From sequence record SRR20825019_2818: DNA of 34,705 nucleotides; one strand, given 5' to 3'. The notes under the pieces were generated by a model. It ran no database searches. It was given only the letters and a program-made list of their open reading frames with translations, and was not told where the DNA came from. Positions 21,956-34,705 of this stretch are shown here, in pieces (positions within the stretch are counted from its first letter, which is position 1; each line of letters opens with the position of its first letter). The position numbers and the translations under genes are program-made.

Positions 21956-24900
21956 TTAACACGAAGTGGGCCTGTTACCTCCGCCAGGCAAGAACCTTTC
22001 ACTAGTTGCTTCGGGGTTTGATGATGACGATTCCACCGATAATCCACGATAAGGACCCATCGTACCTGATGCTCCGGGAAGTGCCCGAGATTCTCCGATG
22101 GGTGTAGTTCCCTCAGACTCGGGAAGGCCGCCGGCACCTCCCGTGTCCGTAGACTGATTACCCAAGTTAGCACTCTCCATTGCAATCTTCAGATCACGCA
22201 ACGACGACATCTTCCTCGAATTACTAAGGGCATTCACATTTGTCGCAGTTGTTGTTCCCGTACTACTTCCATTAGATTCCCTTGACATCTGGCGGCTCGA
22301 TGCCAACGGAGACTTAATCTCAGCATTCTGGTCAGCCAAAGCCTTCCATTGCTTCGCATTCTCCTCGCTGATCTCAACATACTCTTGGAACAATGGAATG
22401 GCGTTCGCAAGCTTCTCCCACATAGAGTGCAGGAATCGATTGAACTTGAATTGCCCCAGTGCAACGTTGACATCGGCCTCGCTGTACCGATCGAATCCCG
22501 GATCAATTGCAAGGCCCCCCTCCCTTTCAAAGTCACCTTGCTTGAAGAACTCAGCGCTGACTCTCCAAGCCCATTCCTTCGCAATGGGAAACGGTTTCAC
22601 CAAATTCGATACATCGCTGGCTTTTAGAAGCATATTCAAGAGAATTTGCTGATTTTCTTCGGTACCGAGAGGACTGTCCACCAACTTCACTTTCCCGCTA
22701 ATTACCTCCTTCAATTCTGGTACTATTTGCTCAAACATTTGCATGTGACTATTATGTCCTGATGCAAAATCAGTAGCAAGAATCATCTGCTTCACCTGCT
22801 TCAGCACGATTGCGCGAGTATCAGCATCCATATTCTCCAATATGTTGCTCGAAGAATGGGAAAGCAGCCGGAAGGTTTCAACAACGTGCATTTCCTCAAG
22901 GTATGACGTCGAAGAGTAGGCAAAGATCAAAGGAGTGCAGGCCTTCCGCTGATAATTGTTATTTTGACCAGGGTGATTCAGATCATGACAGAGACTAGCA
23001 ATCATTAGTGCCAACACACTGTGAGGCCACAGACAGCTCAGCAGGGAAAGGTCACGAAGAAAGAGGAATGTAGTGTGGGTGATATCTATGGAATGTTCGC
23101 AGTTATGGTAGGGATTATCGTTGTAACACTTAAACACATTTGTAACAAAAGTGTCAAACTTGGCATTATCTGCAAGAAAGGCCTCTCAGCAACCAAGTAA
23201 CAATCACCATGAGTTTCGAAAACACTCACCAATCTTAAACTGGTCCAGGAGGTTCAGATACCTGAACATGCTCACTATCATCACATGTTGTTGAATTGTC
23301 GAATAGTCCCACACCGGAATCGCGCCCTCAATAAAGCTGGTCATCCAGTGAGCTTCCCCTTCCGGCACTTGCGGTACATGATGGCGCTGCACATTCTTGA
23401 AACCATGCGCTGAGCTGGTCAGAAGGCCATTCTCTTCCACATTCATGCACTTGTGTGTTTCAGGATTGCAAGTTGAATTGACTACCGATTCGTACTTGAC
23501 GTGAGGCTTCCCCCGCAAGCTATAAGCCATAACTTTTCCCTTTCCCTTGATGTCTATTTCTTCGTATTGCTCAGTCTCGAACATCCTTTGCACTCGAACT
23601 CTCAGCTGCAAGTGTACCATTAGAATCAGCACGTCCCAACCACAGTCATGCCACCAACCTCCTCTGAGACCAAAATTGTGCCAGGGGTTGACTTGGACTC
23701 AAGCACCGAAGCAATATTGACCGCATCTCCCCAACAATCATATGCGAGCCTTCCCCTCCCGACAATCCCAGATGCCATTGCCCCCTCGGCAATCCCAAAC
23801 CGGGCTTGTATGACTTCCCCATACAACAACTTCGTTGACTGCGCACCTAGGCGTAAGGAAATGCAATCGCACTACACGAAACCACCATACCTTCTCATTT
23901 AACCTGCTATTCATTTCCAGCGCCATCAAACACATCCTTAACGGATGGCAGTAGTCATCATGCGCCAGTCCGCCCACAGCCATAAAACAGTCTCCCACTG
24001 TCTTGATCTTCTCGATATCATACCGACTTGCAACATCGCTGAACACTTCGAATACATCATTCAACATGAGCAATACAGTCTGCGGAGAGTGCTTGCGAAG
24101 CAATCCAGTGAAGTTCACGATGTCGGCAAAGAGAACAGTAACATCTACGGCTTGTCAACAACGCAGTTTCACATGAACACATGCAACTCACTTGGATGGG
24201 TCCTTGCCACAATTTCCCCGGGGTCATCAACGACTTGATCAATAAGTCTCGTGGGAATAATGCTTGACAAGAGCTCAGTAGTCTTGTTCTTTTCAGCTGC
24301 AAGTTTTGTTGAAAGACTGATGTTCAGCTCACTCTCGTGCTCCAATCTGTGAAATAACATAAGGTTCCAAAGTCTAGACAACTTCAGCATTTCTTACTTG
24401 ATGCATTGAAGCTTTTCATTTTCCCGAATAGAAGCGTTCTCTGCCTTGTCTCTCAACCAGCCAATAGCATAAGCACAAGAGTGCATCACAGGTTCCAAGA
24501 AAGACACATCCGCTTCGGTGAACTCGCGTTCACAGTTGACTAAAGCCGCCATTCCAACAAGCTCCCCCTTGCAGTAAAACGGGAAACCCAAGTATCTCCT
24601 GACTTCCGGATGGTGGGGGGGAAGACTGCCGAAGTTGGGGTCGTTCGGTGCGTCGTTTGTAAGGAGAACCTTGCCCGTTTTCAAAGTGTACCCATACAAC
24701 GTATCCAACTTAGTCATGACAAACCCATTCAGGAAGCTATTGTTATAGACTGCTTCGGACTCTTCATCCCATGATATATTCGAGACACAAAACGTCCGAA
24801 TATAATTCTGAACAGTCCCAGTCTTCTTCGGGTCGCCCCTTTTAATCTCGCCGATCCACCCAACTAAAACAGACACATCAGCCCATATTCATGTTCACGA

Positions 24901-25374
24901 CACCTTGAACTTACACTCGCACTTCATCAAAGCTAGAAGATTTCCAAGCATATGCGAAAATATGTTATGTGGACTGTCATCATTGAGAATCAAAAACTGC
25001 ATCTCACAAAGAGCAGAAAAAAGGGCCAAGTTCTTCTTTGTGAGAACCTCAGTCTTGTAAGGTGACTTGGTGCTGCTACCCACTCGACCTCTTCGAAGAA
25101 CACTTTCCGAGTCCGCCGCCCGCACCTTCGGTTTCAACGGATACTTCAGGATAGTCTTGCTGTGCGAAGTGCCAAACTGGGGCAAAGAATGTTTAGGTTT
25201 GTTCTCAAGGGACCACCGCATCGGATCTGCTCCCTCAGCAACAAAATATGTCACTTCACTAGCAGGCTCGCAAGAAGCTGACCGAGTTTTCTGCATAGGA
25301 GGTGCATTCGAAATGTTTGGCAGAGGTCCAGGGGAATCACTGCCACTCGATTCGCCTGAATCAGTTGACGCCAT
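21956..25374 (-). CDS. GAF - class III adenylyl cyclase - class I cyclic nucleotide phosphodiesterase fusion protein (about 1034 aa; 7 exons)
   Basis: Six GT-AG introns (24864-24914, 24347-24397, 24145-24191, 23839-23890, 23606-23658, 23170-23229) give a 3105-nt CDS. GAF: EFGWIGE...LDTLYG...LPPHHPEVRRYLGFPF..GELVGMAALVN. Cyclase: VTVLFADIVNFT, EKIKTVGDCFM, YDCWGDAVNIAS, IKGKG. PDE: NPYHNCEH, LCHDLNHPG, ILATD, KASDVSN, EFFKQGD, LGQFKF. Confidence 0.9.
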
Positions 25375-26724
25375 ATTTCACTATCTTTCCAGGAACCTAT
25401 TGTTTTCACTCCAAGCTAAGCTTCCATATAAACACCGCCCTCTCTCTTTACTTGCTGTAACTGGCTATCACCCATACATAACGAGGGGCTGGACCGTCCA
25501 TGGGCAGGCATGGCAAAAACTTTAGAGACAAGGCGGTTGCGTTCATGAACCTCGTCGTGGTTGCGGCTTGTTGGCCTCAACCAGGTCCTGCTCTGCCAGC
25601 CAAGAATCTGTGATCAAAACGCGATTACGCTCCATCTACAGTCCATTGGTCATCGGGTGGGCGTCCGGTTGCGCAAGGCTCCGATCACTCAGAATAACGC
25701 CGGACACGTGGGGTGCCCCTCACAGTTTCCCCAGAGTGGGCTGGCTCGGTTTACGCCGACCATGGACGCCAGCCACCCGGTTGACGATCTGAATGGGCAG
25801 GGTTTTGTGGCCGCCCTCACACCGCAAAGACCCACGTTGCCGGGCTGGCCAGCCACTGGGGACCGTACATCACCCGATCGCCATCCAGTTGACAGGGGCC
25901 CAGGCTATCATCAATTGTCAATTGAGACATGAGCCAACCACTTACGGCCGCACTAACCTCGTGACCTTCCTCGCTCATGGAAACGAGATTCTTCTTCATC
26001 AACCTCAACAACCAAATACCGAATTGCCTACCCTCAACCATGGATATAACGAAGAATTCAAATCCCCCCAAAAATTGAGTGCCCCACACCAGGCTCCCAT
26101 GCGGGTCGCGTTCTTGCCTCTGATTTGATTGGATGAGTGGGCTTATCGTTCCGAGTCCACACAACCCTAATCAGCCGTGCACCGGCCGCCATGCCAGCGC
26201 CGGTGGTCCCGCCGAGGAGTCGGGTGGACGCGTGAGTGAGCAACTGCCACCGACGAGTCGGCCCCGCGGATCGTCCCCATCGCACCGTGCGCACCCTGCT
26301 CGGACTGATGAGAATCAGTGCCGAGGTGGCTCGTCTCCCACAACAGTACCTGCCGCACTGCTGCCAGCGTCGTCGCTCCTGACCGTCGTGGTTGTTGGCA
26401 GCTTCTGTACCACGTGGCTGCCGGCTCTCCTGGTCACACGGTTGCCGCGGTGCGCTCACTGCCACTAGCTTTCGCGCTGCCGCGCCTGGACTGGTCATCC
26501 CGACAGTATCGCCTCAGAGGTGGTCTCTGCCTTCACTCACGTGCGGTACAGTGCCGTTCAAACTCTAGTCAACTTCGGTGGACTGCCCTACTGGTACCAC
26601 ATTATTGGACAGGAGTGCCCACAGCATGATTTTGTTTCGCAACTATCTCACGCCATGAAAGCAGTTCATCGATATTTCTATTCAGTCGCTTTGACGAAGA
26701 GTATACAGTGAAGGTTGGGGATAT

Positions 26725-29136
26725 ATGGTGAAGCGGGCCGACAAACCGGGTAACGGGAAGGCCCGTCGCCAAGTGGCAGGCATTAGGCTCCCGGCGGCAT
26801 TCCATGCTGCCCTTGAGGTAGTCCATACCTCTCAGCAAGAAGGCGGCGAAGATGATATCGAAACACAGTTTGAGGGGGGTGCGGTTGGTTTTGAAGAAGA
26901 GGGCCCTAAAGTCGTGGAGGCTGATGGCTTAAATAATGTGGCGGGGGAGCCTCCCTCACAGACCGAACCAGAGCTGGACGGAGGCGAGGCGCCTGCAAAG
27001 AATGATTTCTATAGACAAAACGTGCAGCTATTCAAGTCTATCGAGGAGAAAATGAGGAAATCGAAACACTTTGACGAAAAAGCGGATGGGGCGCCCCCAT
27101 GGATTCGTGAGCAGTTGGGGGACTATGAGAACAGTATCGAAGCAGGTGCTGGACTAGTGAAGTCACCTGAAGAGATCGCGGCACTGAAAAAGGCGCGCGA
27201 TGAGGGGAAAGGAGGCAGTGAGGAAGTCAAGACCAACAAGAAAATGTCAATCAGTCAATACATGTAAGGGGTTTCTTTAAGTCTTTAGTCTTTATCTAAC
27301 TCTTTCCTTCAGGACTAACACTACCAAGACAAAAGTGCCCCCAGAGCAACAAGAGGCATGGCGGCGAAAGAAAGAAAGGGAAAAGAAAAGCGCGGAGCTC
27401 CATAAGCGGCACAAGGCTGCCAAGGAGAGGGAAAAGAAAGAGCAAAGAGAAAAGGCGCGGAAGGAGCGCGAGGACAAGAAGAAGAAGAAAGACATCACTG
27501 ATGATGCGGATGCCGTTGTGGGGAAGGTTCGGGAAGACGCTGAACAGAGGGAGGCTGACGAGAAGTTAACCATTGACAACCTCCCATCTGAAGTGACAAA
27601 GTCACTAAGTGTGAACTACTACAAGAAGATCAAGCAGAAGTCAAACTATGTGTTTGCGGTGGCATTTTTGGGGATTATTCTTTTAGTTGTTGAGGTAGGG
27701 ATGGCATATATGTCCCGTGTTTCATGATCCTGACTCCCTGATCTCAGCATGAACTGCTATGGCGGAACGATTTTAATCATAACATATATACATACGGATT
27801 GAAGACACTCATTAGCATCTCTACGCTGTGCTTGCTGATTTTGCAGGTATTCCATTACCGTGATATGGCGGCTCAAATGGTTCACATGAATCAATTGCCG
27901 CCTGGTTCACGGTTCTGGTCTTCACCATCACTGTTGCGCGAGTTCATCTTGGAAATGATCGCCCTGAGTTATCATATCCCCCCAGGTGTTGGGGACTTCA
28001 CATTCGAGGTTCGCGATGGTATCAAGTACCCATTCGACATATTTGGGCTTTTCATGTTTGTGCGCTTTTATTTATTTACTACTCTGGTTCGGAATTTCTC
28101 TGGAATCTTCACCCAGAATGCTGCCTTCTTTGGTTCATATACAAATGTGAAAATCACAACCTCGTTTGCGGTGAAGGCTTTCTTGAACAATAAGCCGTTC
28201 ACTATGCTTGTCCCTGCTTATGCGGTGTCCGTGTCTACGATTTCTTGGTGGATATATCTCTGCGAGCGCGGATATAACGATGGTATTGAGAACTACTGGG
28301 ATTGTATTTGGTTGACATTCATTACGATGATGACTGTGGGGTATGGTGATGTATCGCCCGTAACGGACTTTGGGAAGGTTGTAACATTCGGGTCGTCATT
28401 CACTGGTGTGATTCTTGTCGCTCTTATTACGGCTGTTGTGTTCAAGAATATTGAACTTTCACTTGATGAGCATCGAGTAACGGACATGTTGGAGCGAGCA
28501 AGCTATAATATTGCATTGCGAAAATCAGCCCAGAAGGTTATTAAGCGGGCATGGGATCACTATTATGTGCGTACCTCACGAGGAGGTAGGAGGTACAACC
28601 ATTGGATTATTGATAGAAAGCACATCAAACTGTATTCTGCGTTGAACACTTTCCGCAAGATGAAGCGCTCCAATCCATATACTGAGAAGTCTGATCTCAA
28701 GTCTCAAATGAATGTCATTTTGGAGGTGAAACGCAAACAGGATGACTTGTTGACGCGTATGAAAGAGCTTGAGAACAAGTTGAACAACATCGTAAAGGAA
28801 TTGGTTGGTGCTACGGAATTGACGGTGTTTTCGGCAACGGAACTACATGCCGATAAGACTGTCAGTGATCACAAGCTCATTCGGGAGGATGGTGTCAATA
28901 TCGACTTGGAGGGTAGCCGCGATGACCCCCCAAGCCGACCTTCTGGGCTGTTTGCTCCCCAGCATCCCAGGCGGGAATTTGATCCCATGGATGTACAAGC
29001 TAGTACAAGGAAAAACAACGACTTTGATATGGCCGGACTTCCAATCGAGGAGACGATGGAAAACCTTGGTGTGGTGGAGGCAGAGGGTGCCGCCAATGAC
29101 GCTGATCAGACGTTTGGTCCATCCTTGCCTCACTAG
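26725..29136 (+). CDS. SK/KCNN-type (small-conductance Ca2+-activated-like) potassium channel; 3 exons
   Basis: Introns 27264-27312 and 27695-27747; multiple TM segments; pore CIWLTFITMMTVGYGD; post-S6 IELSLDEHRVTDML...LRKSAQKVIKRAW resembles the KCNN calmodulin-binding domain, followed by a coiled coil. Confidence 0.85.
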
Positions 29137-29482
29137 CTTGGTGGTAGGCGTGCAAGCCGTTGACGATGCGCGGTGGTTCGTTGGTGGTGTCGCGCTGGTA
29201 TGCCGATGCGCAGGGTGCCGCAGCCCCATTTCGGATACTATTGGATGCTAGATAGGCATGCCTTAAATATGTGGTAAATGATGGACAAGGGATATGCACA
29301 AGGTCCACATGCCCCTGGCGCAAGTATATCTGCCAAAATGTGTTTCCTCTTAGATAATAAACCATTTCATCTTAGATATACAGCCGCTTCCATTCGTTTT
29401 GGGAATTTGAATCAACAGGCGGCACGACCACGCCGACGGGGCCATTGCAACCATGTCTATGATCTGAACAATACAACGAGCT

Positions 29483-30150
29483 TTACTTCCTCTTCTTCTT
29501 ACCCTTATGAGCTTGTGATGGCAGGTATTTGGGTGGGTCATTCAACATACGCAGGCCTAGCGTATCAATAACCCATCTGTAACGATCATAGTCGGAAGCC
29601 TTCAAATACGACATCAGGGCCCTACGATCGTGCACCATTCCCAATAACCCCCGCCTGGAATGCTTATCCTTATTGTGCACCTTCAAATGCTCATGCATGT
29701 AGGCAATTTTCTTTGTCAAAATTCCAACTGTGGAGACGTGAGCAAGACATGAAGATCCATGTCATGGTTTCAAAACATACTCTGCACTTCAGGCGACCCC
29801 GTATCGACCTCATGCCGGCGCATGGTCTTAATCACTTTGTCAATTTCCATCTTGTTTTTATCCATTTGGCTCCCGCTCTCCACCCGAAAAAGCCTTTCAA
29901 TATCGGGACTTACATTCTTGAAGTCCTCTGCAGTAAAATTACCCTTATAGTAAACCTCCTCAACTGAAAGAGTGCAATTAATAACTCTTCAAGACTGTCT
30001 AACGCAGAACGTACCCTGAGTCCGTTCTGTACTCATCAACCGAAGTCCTCCAAGACCCCAGGCTGGAACGAAGCTGTTTGCCCGAACAGAGCCTGCAGAT
30101 GCAGCCGTCCGTACCAGCCCACCCAACGACCGCAACATGACTCCACGCAT
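29483..30150 (-). CDS. MRPS15: Mitochondrial ribosomal protein uS15m; 3 exons
   Basis: Presequence-like MRGVMLRSLGGLVRTAASAGSVRANSF; S15 domain [56 protein letters not shown]...YRWVIDTLGLR. Confidence 0.9.
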
Positions 30151-30229
30151 ACCGGAAAATAGTCCAGCTCCGGACTGATATACAGAAACTCGTATGCAAC
30201 AGCTAGCCGGCTTCTGTTGGGTAAGTTAG

Positions 30230-30920
30230 AGATGCGCCCGGCCGGTTGCCCGTCGGTTGCTGGCGTGCCGCGGCGCCCGGCCGGCGGCCGGTGGCCCGGC
30301 GCCGGGGCGGCAATGGGTCCGGCCCGCAGCCGCAGGTTCACCAGAGGGTGCCTCTAGCCGTGGCCGCCCTTGTCCGTGGTCGGCGACGCCGGCAGACGGG
30401 GCGGCGGCGGGCGCGGGGCCGCCACTCCTACTGGCCCGCCCTGGCGCAGCCGCCCGCCCCGGACCAAGTCGTTGCCCAAGCCCGGGCGGGCCATCCGGCA
30501 GGAGTCCCGGGCACCGGGGCTCGCAACCGGCCGAGGCGGGCGCACCGGCGACGGGTCGGCCGCCCGCCGGCTGCCGTCGCCAGTCACTAGTTGTCACCAC
30601 CAGGGACGGAAGGCGCGGTGGCTCACCGGCTGCCAGACATCAAGTTCGATTGAGATGTTTGGATATCTGACACGTGACAATTACAAGCATGAGCCCTCCT
30701 CAAGTGGCGTCGGAAGTAATTTCTATTTTTAGCCGATAGGGTGTATTCTCAATGGGGCGCTGCACTGGAACTCCGCCGCAACGCCGTCAGTCCCCCACCC
30801 CACTTCAGTGACGCCGCCGCCCGGGCCCGGCGCGGGACGGATGTCAGATCGTCCCCTCGCCCGGCCCCTGCCCCCCGCCCCCCCGGCCGTCCCCGCCGTC
30901 GCCCAATGGCAATGAACTGC
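30230..30920. promoter_or_regulatory. GC-rich spacer / putative bidirectional promoter (uS15m and thiolase)
   Basis: GC-rich stretch between divergent ATGs at 30150 (-) and 31151 (+). Confidence 0.45.
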
Positions 30921-31150
30921 TCCCTTCATTGTCAGCTCAATTGATCCAGTGTCAGTCTGGTGAGTGCTGTCGGGCTTGCAAGGTTCCGTCGCGTCGTTTA
31001 ATCACCGAAGAGCCGTGAGTCAAGCCATACCACGCCCCTTGGTGAGGGCTTCACAGCTGGCCTGGGCTGGGCTCCAGTGGCACGGGTACACGTTAGTCGT
31101 CAATAGGGTTACAAGACTGTTTTTCAAACTTCAAGCTGTATATATAGCTC

Positions 31151-32597
<1,447 letters not shown>

Positions 32598-32652
32598 CTG
32601 AGCAGAGAAACGCCCATGTCATTGCTGTAGTTCTATCATAAATGTGTAGCAA

Positions 32653-34385
32653 TCATGCACTCGAGGGTCTCTTCACGCTCTTGCTAAGGTCCGACCTCAG
32701 TTGGGACCTCAGATTGTCAACTTCTTCCTCTAGTCTCTTAATAGTCTCAGTTTTCATCTCATTGTCCTTCTGGAGAGCATTGATGACGGGCTAGATGCGT
32801 TCAAGTGAGAACTAAAGCGAGTACACCACCGAAACAGGCAACAATACCTCATTCGACGCAGATCCGGTAGATGACGAGCCCCCATTATTATTGGAATTGG
32901 GCTGCGCCAGATCCCGGGTGGATTCCTTCATTACTTCGCGTAAAGCACCATCTTCACATCGATGTTAAGGGTCACAAAATGTTCAGCTGCATCAATGCCT
33001 CACCTTTCAGTGCGAGCTCTCTTCTGGCAAGTGACAATCGGCCCTCCAAGGAGTGGATCTGAGATGCCAGCATGTTGATCTCAGTTGCGCCAGCCTCAAC
33101 TTGTCGGCGGACAATCTGAAGAGAATAGGCAACCTCTTTGGCCAAAGACGCACCGTTTGCAAGATCAGCGGATGCGGAGCTCCCAGACGCGATCTTCGTA
33201 AGGGCTTGCTGCAATGGTTCCTGGAGCTTTGTGATTTTCTCTTGTACATCTGCCAACTCCTGGCGGCATTTGCGCATGTAGTTGTCAACCCTTTGCTCAG
33301 CGTCGGGACGTGGGCCTCCATAATTGCTTTTGGAGGTCTCAATTTCCATTCTAAGCTCGTCATTCTGCTTCTCTGGGGAAAGGCTTCAGACTCATCAAGA
33401 GGGGGCATCCTGTTACCAATACCTAGAGCGGATATCCGGGCCTTAAGGTTCTCAACCACCTTTTTTTGCGATGGCTTTTCTGATGAAGGTTCGGAAACAA
33501 TGGCATCTTTGAAAAATTGGACAATGCCCCGCCCGGAACCCTTGTGCCCAAGCTCCTTCCCGGTACCAGACTTGTCATCATCTTTCGAGTCATTACTCCT
33601 TGTCTTCTCCTTGATATCAGTCAGCTCGTCTGATCGCTGCGACAGCTTTAAGTTCAGCTCAAACATGGCCGTATTCAAAGACTCTGCCAGCGCAATATGA
33701 GTGAGTTCGTTGACTTCTATTATTAGAACATGTACCTTTTTCTTCAACAGACTCCGCCAACTGGCGGCGCCACCAGTCGCACATAGTGGCGTCGTCCAAG
33801 AAATTGCGAATTTCGACCGTCCATGTAATCCCAGGAATCTCCAACAGCGTCTGGAAGGATTTCAGAAACCAGGCCCATATCCAGCAAACAAGCACGCATT
33901 CGTACTGTAAGGTACAACTCAAGCTGCGCTTGGCGTTGATGAACAAAGTTTTCAGCCATATTTCCCACCACTTTCTTCCCAGGAAGTGCCGGGTACTGCC
34001 AAAGCAAGATGAGAAGGGATCTGTGGAAAATCTCATTCAACACATACCGAAGCCTCCTTAGGATAACGCTTCTTGAGCTGCAGAGCACACAAATTAGCTC
34101 ATACCGTCCCAGCTAGACTAAGCGACATCCTCACCTTTTGGTCGAGGGAAGCGAATTCGCTGTATCGCCGAAAAACTGTCCACGCCCTGTCATCAAAGCG
34201 CGACGATTGCACTTTGATACGGTACACCTGAAGGTCTTTAGTGAGACTACATCGACAAGCAATGTTACACTCACCGTGAAGTTATTGTTATCTTCGTCCA
34301 CTCTTTTCTCGGTTCCCGGGATCTTTATTGTTAGCGTCTCGTTGACCTTTTTCATCAACTCTACGTGTGCCTTCCAGGACGCCAT
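32653..34385 (-). CDS. PX-domain protein with long C-terminal coiled coil (sorting-nexin-like), multi-exon
   Basis: Spliced PX domain: NNFTVYRIKV...WTVFRRYSEFASLDQKLKKRYP...YPALPGKKVVGNMAENFVHQRQAQLELYL...EIRNFL; coiled-coil exons follow; ends KRPSSA* at 32653. Confidence 0.85.
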
Positions 34386-34705
34386 TTTCGCTTGTATACC
34401 TTGATATCACCCCTCGGCGCCATATAAGTATTGCAGACGGCCAAGGGGGGATAGGTTGGGAGGAAGTTTGTTGGTTCTACCAACCGCGCACTCCGGGTCA
34501 CGCGCTGAGGCCGCTGCGGCAGTCGGCGCGGCGGCCCGCCCCAGCGCATCACCGCACGACTGTCGCCGGTCCGGCCGGGGTGGGACCCGCGACTCGGCGG
34601 GGCGGGGCCGCGGGGCGGGGCGAATGACACCCGTTCCAGCCTTGCTGCACCGGCCGGCGTCGCTGCGAACTCCTCGGGGCGGCCGCCCCCCCCCCCCCCC
34701 CCCCC

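Noticed and set aside
25793-26128. 111-aa ORF in the spacer between the cyclase-PDE and SK genes
   Set aside because: No recognisable motif or intron structure; more likely intergenic or a decayed insertion.
34684-34705. Terminal poly-C run
   Set aside because: Lies at the window edge and is plausibly a contig-end or homopolymer artefact; not a telomeric repeat.

Overview
Gene-dense eukaryotic (protist-like) nuclear DNA with about 17 protein-coding genes, most split by short GT-AG introns of roughly 42-67 nt. Genes mostly alternate strand. Convergent 3' ends are usually only 55-120 bp apart, while 5' ends face GC-rich spacers full of CCGG/GGCC/CGCG that generate most of the spurious Pro/Gly/Arg/Ala ORFs in the track. 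Genes in order: pterin-aldehyde-reductase-like SDR (-), unknown probably mitochondrial protein (+), UBE2C (-), PECR-type peroxisomal SDR (+), intronless unknown protein (-), F-box plus 7 RCC1 repeats (-), tiny Survivin/BORI-helix-like protein (+), dihydropyrimidinase (-), TPR protein (+), membrane-anchored RidA (+), Acinus (-), ERGIC-53/VIP36-type lectin (+), GAF-adenylyl cyclase-phosphodiesterase fusion (-), SK-type K+ channel (+), mitochondrial uS15 (-), acetyl-CoA acetyltransferase (+), PX/coiled-coil protein (-). The standout is the approximately 1034-aa soluble protein at 21956-25374. It joins a bacterial-type, possibly heme-binding GAF sensor, a class III cyclase and an intact class I PDE in one polypeptide, in the reverse domain order to plant CAPE. 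Family calls come from motif recognition by eye and hand-spliced gene models; no searches were run.
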